This document shows positions 58,527 through 64,000 of a DNA stretch of 64,000 bases, piece after piece. Where the stretch lies: the NCBI GenBank assembly GCA_000146045.2, contig BK006940.2, positions 96,001 through 160,000 on the forward strand, given 5' to 3'. Under the pieces are notes generated by a model. The model saw nothing but the letters and a program-made list of their open reading frames with translations, searched no databases and was not told where the DNA came from. The first letter of the stretch is position 1. Each line of letters starts with the position of its first letter. Origin of the DNA: TPA_inf: Saccharomyces (taxonomy: Eukaryota). The translations under genes and the position numbers were made by a program.

Positions 58527-59873
58527 TCACTCTTGCTTTTCCCATACTTGTATAAACGTTTCCTTCAAAAATAAAAGCTCGGCTTCTCTCTCTGTCGTAT
58601 TTATGCCATCTATTTCTATCCATTTTTCACTTTTGTTATCATACAGCTGAGTAATCCAATGGCTTTTTTCATCACCATTAAATGCGTTTCCATCTGTGGA
58701 TGGTTGTTTAATGACCACATGGACCACATTTGCTTTTAAGCGATACTTGACGTGCAAAATTTCAAGTTCACTGGAAAATTCCACCAACGTTTGGTTTCTA
58801 TTTTTGACAGGATGATCACTGTTACGGTCAAACCTATTGAAATGAAATATTAAAAACTGCGGTAATCGCGTTAGTTCAAAAACGGTGCTAGTAGAGGAGC
58901 TTCTTGACTTAGTAAATTTAGTCAATAATTTAGTGATATTTATTTGTGGGAGATCATCAACGCTGTTGCCATCTTCAAAGGGTGAAAACTCCGGCAAATC
59001 GAGAGTCAGAACCCAAAATGGTTTGACAATGACTTTTCCTGTAACAGACTCACTGGCCTCAGGCTTATTTTCAACTTTTGCTATCTTTACTTTGCCTTTA
59101 CAAGAATGGTTTAAAATTGACTTTAAGTCGTTCGAGGACGAGCAAATTTTATTGAATAGCCACAAAAGGAAGAGACGCGGGTCTATAGGATTTAAATTTA
59201 AACCTTCTCTAACTTTCAAATAGGATACAAAATCGTCAACTGAAAGATGATGTTTGAATAGTTTAGGGGACCAAATTTTCTTTACACATATGGATAACCT
59301 TTTGATAAATTCCCCTTGATTATCAAAATGATTCAGTAGGAAGTGGTCCCGCACTGGAACCATGTGCGATATCAAAAGCAATACACTATGCGCATAGTCA
59401 TAAGTTGCCGCATTGGTGAACCCTATAAATCCATTCAGATATGTGCGATTGCTCAAATCAAAACACTGTCTCGGAAAATCTTCTAGATCTTTTGGACAAT
59501 AAGTCGGATAAGCTGCAAATTTTATGCTGTTCAACAATTGAACCTCACCGTCATGTAAAATTTGGACATTTTGCGGCAACATGTAAAACTTCAAACTTGT
59601 CAAATTCAAGAAGACGTGATGGTTTTCATCAATTGAATGTATGAAAGCAGGACTCTTTTCATGTCTCCCCTGATAATAATGTCCACACACGAGGCAACAA
59701 TATACATTCAAAGGGGACAGAGTAATGCAGCAAATTTTCTCAGAATCGAAATCTAGTTTTTCTCTTACTACAGTCTCAAGATAGGCATAGTTTGGTTCCT
59801 GAGACTTTATCTTTTTTACTGCCTCCTGTTTTAACTCATCTTCTGAATGTCTCCTTTTGTTATCAACCTCCAT
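58527..59873 (-). CDS. SAD1: U4/U6.U5 tri-snRNP assembly factor with a zf-UBP domain and a catalytically inactive USP-like domain, 448 aa.
   Basis: zf-UBP CCITLSPLNVYCCLVCGHYYQGRHEKSPAFIHS, followed by a UCH-like fold that lacks the catalytic Cys/His context. Confidence 0.88.
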   Translation of the reverse strand: MEVDNKRRHSEDELKQEAVKKIKSQEPNYAYLETVVREKLDFDSEKICCITLSPLNVYCCLVCGHYYQGRHEKSPAFIHSIDENHHVFLNLTSLKFYMLPQNVQILHDGEVQLLNSIKFAAYPTYCPKDLEDFPRQCFDLSNRTYLNGFIGFTNAATYDYAHSVLLLISHMVPVRDHFLLNHFDNQGEFIKRLSICVKKIWSPKLFKHHLSVDDFVSYLKVREGLNLNPIDPRLFLLWLFNKICSSSNDLKSILNHSCKGKVKIAKVENKPEASESVTGKVIVKPFWVLTLDLPEFSPFEDGNSVDDLPQINITKLLTKFTKSRSSSTSTVFELTRLPQFLIFHFNRFDRNSDHPVKNRNQTLVEFSSELEILHVKYRLKANVVHVVIKQPSTDGNAFNGDEKSHWITQLYDNKSEKWIEIDGINTTEREAELLFLKETFIQVWEKQE

Positions 59874-60144
59874 TATAAACAGCGCTTTAGGTTAACGCCC
59901 ACTAAATGATGAACCATGAAGAGCATGGTTAGATTGCTGCCAATTTTTTTTCCTATTTCGTCATTTTTTTATCAAGATTTTCCAGTTTTTTTTTTTTTTT
60001 TGGCATTGCTTACTATACGCGAGGGAGGTTCAATTGACACTTTCCGCTACGGCGATTCTTCAGAAACTGTGTCATCTTTTTTCCAGGTCGAGCTGTAGGA
60101 AAACCTGGGAAATATAGGTATATACCTGATCTGTTGTTGGAGTG

Positions 60145-61752
60145 ATGTGCCTTGAACCAATCTCTCTTGTTGTTTTCGGATCCCTGGTGTTTTTCTTTGG
60201 CTTGGTGAAGTATTTCAAACGTGGAGAACGGCAAAGAACAAGAGGAATTTTACAGCCAGAGTACAAAGATAAGTATTATTACAGTAAAGAAAAAGGGGAA
60301 GAAATGGGCGAGGTAGCAAACGTAAATGAAATTCCGGTCAAGATAAGAAATCATAAGTATCCTGCGAAAGAACATAACTTGAGGGTTAAAGATTTGTTGT
60401 TAAATCGCAATCCGAAGCTATCAAAGATATCCACAGCATTTTTTATTGCTGGTGAAGAATTAGAGGGAAACAAGTATTGTGACACCAACAAAGATTTTAG
60501 ACAGAATAGATATTTTTATCATTTGTCAGGTGTTGATATACCTGCTTCGGCGATATTGTTTAACTGTAGCACAGATAAGCTGACATTGTTTTTGCCAAAC
60601 ATCGATGAAGAAGATGTCATATGGAGCGGTATGCCTTTGAGTTTGGATGAGGCAATGAGAGTGTTTGACATTGATGAGGCCTTGTACATATCTGATCTGG
60701 GGAAAAAATTTAAAGAATTGCAAGACTTCGCTATCTTTACAACCGATTTGGACAATGTTCATGACGAGAATATTGCAAGATCACTAATTCCTTCAGACCC
60801 TAACTTCTTTTATGCTATGGATGAAACTAGAGCAATTAAGGATTGGTATGAAATTGAAAGCATCAGAAAAGCTTGTCAGATTTCAGACAAGAGCCATTTG
60901 GCCGTTATGTCCGCGTTGCCCATCGAACTGAACGAGTTACAAATACAAGCTGAATTTGAATACCATGCAACCCGTCAAGGTGGTCGTTCTTTGGGCTATG
61001 ACCCCATTTGTTGTTCTGGACCGGCATGTGGCACTTTACATTACGTCAAGAATTCAGAAGATATCAAAGGTAAACATTCCATCTTAATTGATGCAGGTGC
61101 AGAATGGAGACAATATACAAGTGATATCACCAGATGTTTCCCAACTTCAGGCAAGTTTACTGCGGAACATCGTGAAGTTTACGAAACCGTTCTTGACATG
61201 CAAAACCAAGCAATGGAAAGGATTAAACCTGGTGCTAAATGGGACGATTTACATGCACTGACACACAAGGTTCTTATTAAACATTTCTTAAGTATGGGTA
61301 TTTTCAAGAAAGAGTTTTCTGAGGACGAAATCTTTAAAAGAAGAGCTTCTTGCGCTTTTTATCCCCATGGACTAGGGCATATGTTGGGGCTTGATGTACA
61401 CGACGTTGGTGGTAATCCAAACTATGACGACCCAGATCCAATGTTTAGATATTTAAGAATCCGCCGTCCTTTGAAAGAAAATATGGTTATCACTAATGAA
61501 CCAGGTTGCTACTTTAATCAATTTTTGATCAAAGAATTTTTGGAAAAGCACCCCGAAAGATTGGAAGTTGTCGATATGAGCGTATTGAAAAGATACATGT
61601 ATGTCGGTGGTGTTAGAATTGAAGATGATATCCTTGTTACCAAAGATGGTTACGAGAACTTAACTGGTATTACTTCTGACCCTGATGAAATTGAAAAAAT
61701 CGTTCAAAAAGGTTTGAAGAAACCCCGTTCAGGTTTCCACGTAATCGTTTAG
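60145..61752 (+). CDS. YFR006W: M24-family X-Pro aminopeptidase (the pita-bread fold), 535 aa from the ATG at 60145.
   Basis: Metal-ligand motifs DAGAEW..., HGLGHMLGLDVHD and NEPGCY...GGVRIEDD. Positions 60142-60144 read gtg, and the ATG is at 60145. Confidence 0.9.
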   Translation: MCLEPISLVVFGSLVFFFGLVKYFKRGERQRTRGILQPEYKDKYYYSKEKGEEMGEVANVNEIPVKIRNHKYPAKEHNLRVKDLLLNRNPKLSKISTAFFIAGEELEGNKYCDTNKDFRQNRYFYHLSGVDIPASAILFNCSTDKLTLFLPNIDEEDVIWSGMPLSLDEAMRVFDIDEALYISDLGKKFKELQDFAIFTTDLDNVHDENIARSLIPSDPNFFYAMDETRAIKDWYEIESIRKACQISDKSHLAVMSALPIELNELQIQAEFEYHATRQGGRSLGYDPICCSGPACGTLHYVKNSEDIKGKHSILIDAGAEWRQYTSDITRCFPTSGKFTAEHREVYETVLDMQNQAMERIKPGAKWDDLHALTHKVLIKHFLSMGIFKKEFSEDEIFKRRASCAFYPHGLGHMLGLDVHDVGGNPNYDDPDPMFRYLRIRRPLKENMVITNEPGCYFNQFLIKEFLEKHPERLEVVDMSVLKRYMYVGGVRIEDDILVTKDGYENLTGITSDPDEIEKIVQKGLKKPRSGFHVIV

Positions 61753-61915
61753 GTATTAACTTTTTTTTACTCGCTTCTAGAAGTTTAGTATATTCTTTTG
61801 TACACAGAATTGTATATTTTTTTTATAATCTTGGATTCACCATTTAACTAGATTTGGAAATATAAGGAATGGCACTGAAAAAATTAAGGACCAACCCCGA
61901 AGAGCAAAAAATGAA

Positions 61916-62007
61916 TGCGAATTCTGTGGATCGAACACAGGACCTCCAGATAACTTGACCGAAGTTTTTTCTTCAGTCTGGCGCTCTCCCAACTGAGCTA
62001 AATCCGC
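61916..62007 (-). tRNA. tF(GAA)F: tRNA-Phe (anticodon GAA) with a 19-nt intron, 92 nt.
   Basis: The reverse complement is gcggatttagctcagttgggagagcgccagactGAAga[aaaaacttcggtcaagtta]tctggaggtcctgtgttcgatccacagaattcgca. This is the classic yeast tRNA-Phe exon sequence interrupted 3' of the anticodon. Confidence 0.93.
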
Positions 62008-62359
62008 TTCTATTTATGAAAAATTCATTGTTACAGGAACTATAGGACTATAATAACTAGCTGCTAACACCTTTAAATGTGACTTTTCTCATAAGGAAAT
62101 CTAGCGATTCAGAATTCGAGAATTTTGCAGATTGCAAAGTTTTCTTTTTACCATAATATTTGAGAATGTTGTAAAACTTGAGATAATTATTCGGATGTCA
62201 TTGTTGATTGAAGATAGCATTCCTATGAGTCGCCCTCGAGGACTTGGATCGAAAAATCTACATAATATTAGTAATTACTATTATTGTTGGAATTGGATAA
62301 ACCGTCGTCCACCTATTTGAGAAATAGGTAATTATTATATGAGTTATTTGGTTCCTTTT

Positions 62360-62690
62360 TGTTAAAGTAATAATTTGAAATGCCATCCATTTGGTAATAT
62401 TCATGTTATTGGCATATTATCATATGCGGTTCAGGAAGATGACATAAAAGTTGAGAAACAGTTATCAACCCTAATGGAAGCTGAAATGCAAGATTGATAA
62501 TGTAATAGCATAATGAAACATATAAAACGGAATGGGGAATAATCGTAATATTATTATGTAGAACTACCGATTCCATTTTGAGGATTCCTACATCCTCGAG
62601 GAGACTTCTAGCATATTCTGTGTACATAATATTATGGTCTTGATCAACAATGCAATCCCAACAGTTATCAAATTATTCAGAAAATTGATC
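62360..62690 (+). mobile_element. Degenerate solo delta LTR upstream of tF(GAA), which is transcribed divergently.
   Basis: tattatcatatgcggttcaggaagatgacataaaagttgagaaacagttatc...ggaagctgaaatgcaagattgataatgtaatagcataatgaaacatataaaacggaatggggaataatcgtaatatta...cctcgaggagacttctagcatattctg...caacaatgcaatcccaacagttatc is collinear with delta. Confidence 0.65.
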
Positions 62691-63298
62691 ACATTTTCGA
62701 TAAATCTATTATGAAAGTAAAATTTTGACTCATACCTAAGTTCTCGTTATTCGTTAATCTTATGAACTCATTAACCTTGGCGTTTCAGCATCCGCTATGA
62801 TTACTAGTGCTTAAACCTTGTTATTCATGCCTCATAATTGATGCCATCTTCTAACCTCGAGCGTGATAAAATTTTTGTAATATGAACACCAATCGGCGGA
62901 AGATCATCCCAAAGCCACATATGATGGTGCCTTATAACATTAATAACAACTTCAACTGCTGCATACCGATAATATCTTGACGATTATGCATTCGTGTCCT
63001 GATAGCTAATGCCATGAAACAATTCTTTTCAATCGCACTTGCACCTTCGTGAAATAGAAGGGTTATCTGGGCTTATCAGACTTGTCCACAGTTTACATAT
63101 AATTTTTTTTCTGTATTAAATTTTGTGAGCTTTCTTTTTACTCAAACGAACTGTGTTATTTTTCGTTCATTAAATGCGTACCTTTAAGCATCATCAAGTA
63201 TTGCTCTTCGGGAAAAATGAAGTAACCTTGTTAGGTTAATTTCACTAGTACTATACATATTTTATCCTGTATCATACCAGAGGATCATTCTAGCCACA

Positions 63299-64000
63299 AT
63301 GGTCGATACGCATAAACTAGCAGACGACGTTCTTCAGCTATTGGATAACCGTATCGAAGATAATTATAGGGTTTGTGTTATCCTAGTCGGTTCTCCAGGC
63401 TCCGGTAAGTCTACTATTGCGGAAGAACTTTGTCAAATTATAAATGAAAAATATCACACATTTTTGTCAGAGCATCCAAATGTTATTGAGGTTAATGATA
63501 GGTTGAAACCTATGGTTAACCTAGTAGACTCTTTAAAGACGCTCCAGCCCAATAAAGTAGCTGAAATGATTGAAAATCAGGGGCTGTTTAAAGATCATGT
63601 TGAGGATGTTAATTTTCAACCAGTCAAGTACTCAGCCCTTACATCAAATAATGAAGAATGTACCGCAGTAGTTGCCAGAGGTGGTACTGCGAATGCCATA
63701 AGAATCGCAGCAGTTGATAATCCAGTCAATGTTAACAAGTTGGCCCAGGATAGTATCAATATAGCGCAAATAGTCCCAATGGATGGTTTTCACTTATCTC
63801 GCAGATGTCTAGACCTATTCAAAGACCCACAAACTGCCCATAAAAGAAGAGGTTCGCCCTCAACGTTTGACAGTAACAATTTCTTACAATTGTGTAAAAT
63901 TCTAGCCAAGACGTCCCTATGTAAGGTCTCCTCACATCATAAATTTTACTCCACTTCAAGCGTTTTTGAGAAGTTATCCAAAACTTTTAGCCAAACAATT
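63299..64000 (+). CDS. YFH7: P-loop kinase-like ATPase, 5' part only. The ORF runs off the window end, so it is missing from the ORF track.
   Basis: MVDTHKLADDVLQLLDNRIEDNYRVCVILVGSPGSGKSTIAEELCQIINEKYH... opens with an ATG at 63299 and contains the Walker A motif GSPGSGKST. Its position is right of tF(GAA). Confidence 0.8.
   Translation, partial: MVDTHKLADDVLQLLDNRIEDNYRVCVILVGSPGSGKSTIAEELCQIINEKYHTFLSEHPNVIEVNDRLKPMVNLVDSLKTLQPNKVAEMIENQGLFKDHVEDVNFQPVKYSALTSNNEECTAVVARGGTANAIRIAAVDNPVNVNKLAQDSINIAQIVPMDGFHLSRRCLDLFKDPQTAHKRRGSPSTFDSNNFLQLCKILAKTSLCKVSSHHKFYSTSSVFEKLSKTFSQTI

Overview
This window is nuclear DNA from Saccharomyces cerevisiae chromosome VI: the left arm running through the centromere (CEN6) into the start of the right arm. 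The gene order and protein sequences match GAT1, PAU5, LPD1, SMX2, GNA1, MDJ1, HSP12, IES1, YFL012W, HXT10, AUA1, WWM1, CDC4, SMC1, BLM10, SEC4, VTC2, MSH4, SPB4, DEG1, CEN6, LOC1, NIC96, YPI1, RPN11, SAD1, YFR006W and YFH7. I used no database; the identification rests on motifs and recalled sequences. Assuming the match to the S288C reference holds, window position 1 is roughly chrVI:96,001. The coding density is typical of yeast (about 70%), and none of the protein-coding genes has an intron.

The accessory content is associated with three tRNA genes transcribed by RNA polymerase III. tP(UGG) has a 31-nt intron and a diverged solo delta LTR upstream. tN(GUU) has a full-length, apparently intact Ty2 retrotransposon upstream. 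This Ty2 has 332-bp LTRs that read as identical, a GTATA target-site duplication, and it is inserted inside an older delta; a further diverged LTR lies beside it. tF(GAA) has a 19-nt intron and a degenerate delta upstream.

The point centromere (CDEI-CDEII-CDEIII) can be read directly from the sequence. I found no previously undescribed system. This is one of the best-characterised regions of the yeast genome, and the interesting points are annotation subtleties (alternative starts, overlapping ORFs), regulatory motifs, candidate replication origins, and the nested LTR and retrotransposon structure. The ORF track evidently allows GTG/TTG starts, so several of its ORFs over-extend the true ATG starts (NIC96, YPI1, MSH4, YFR006W, GAT1).
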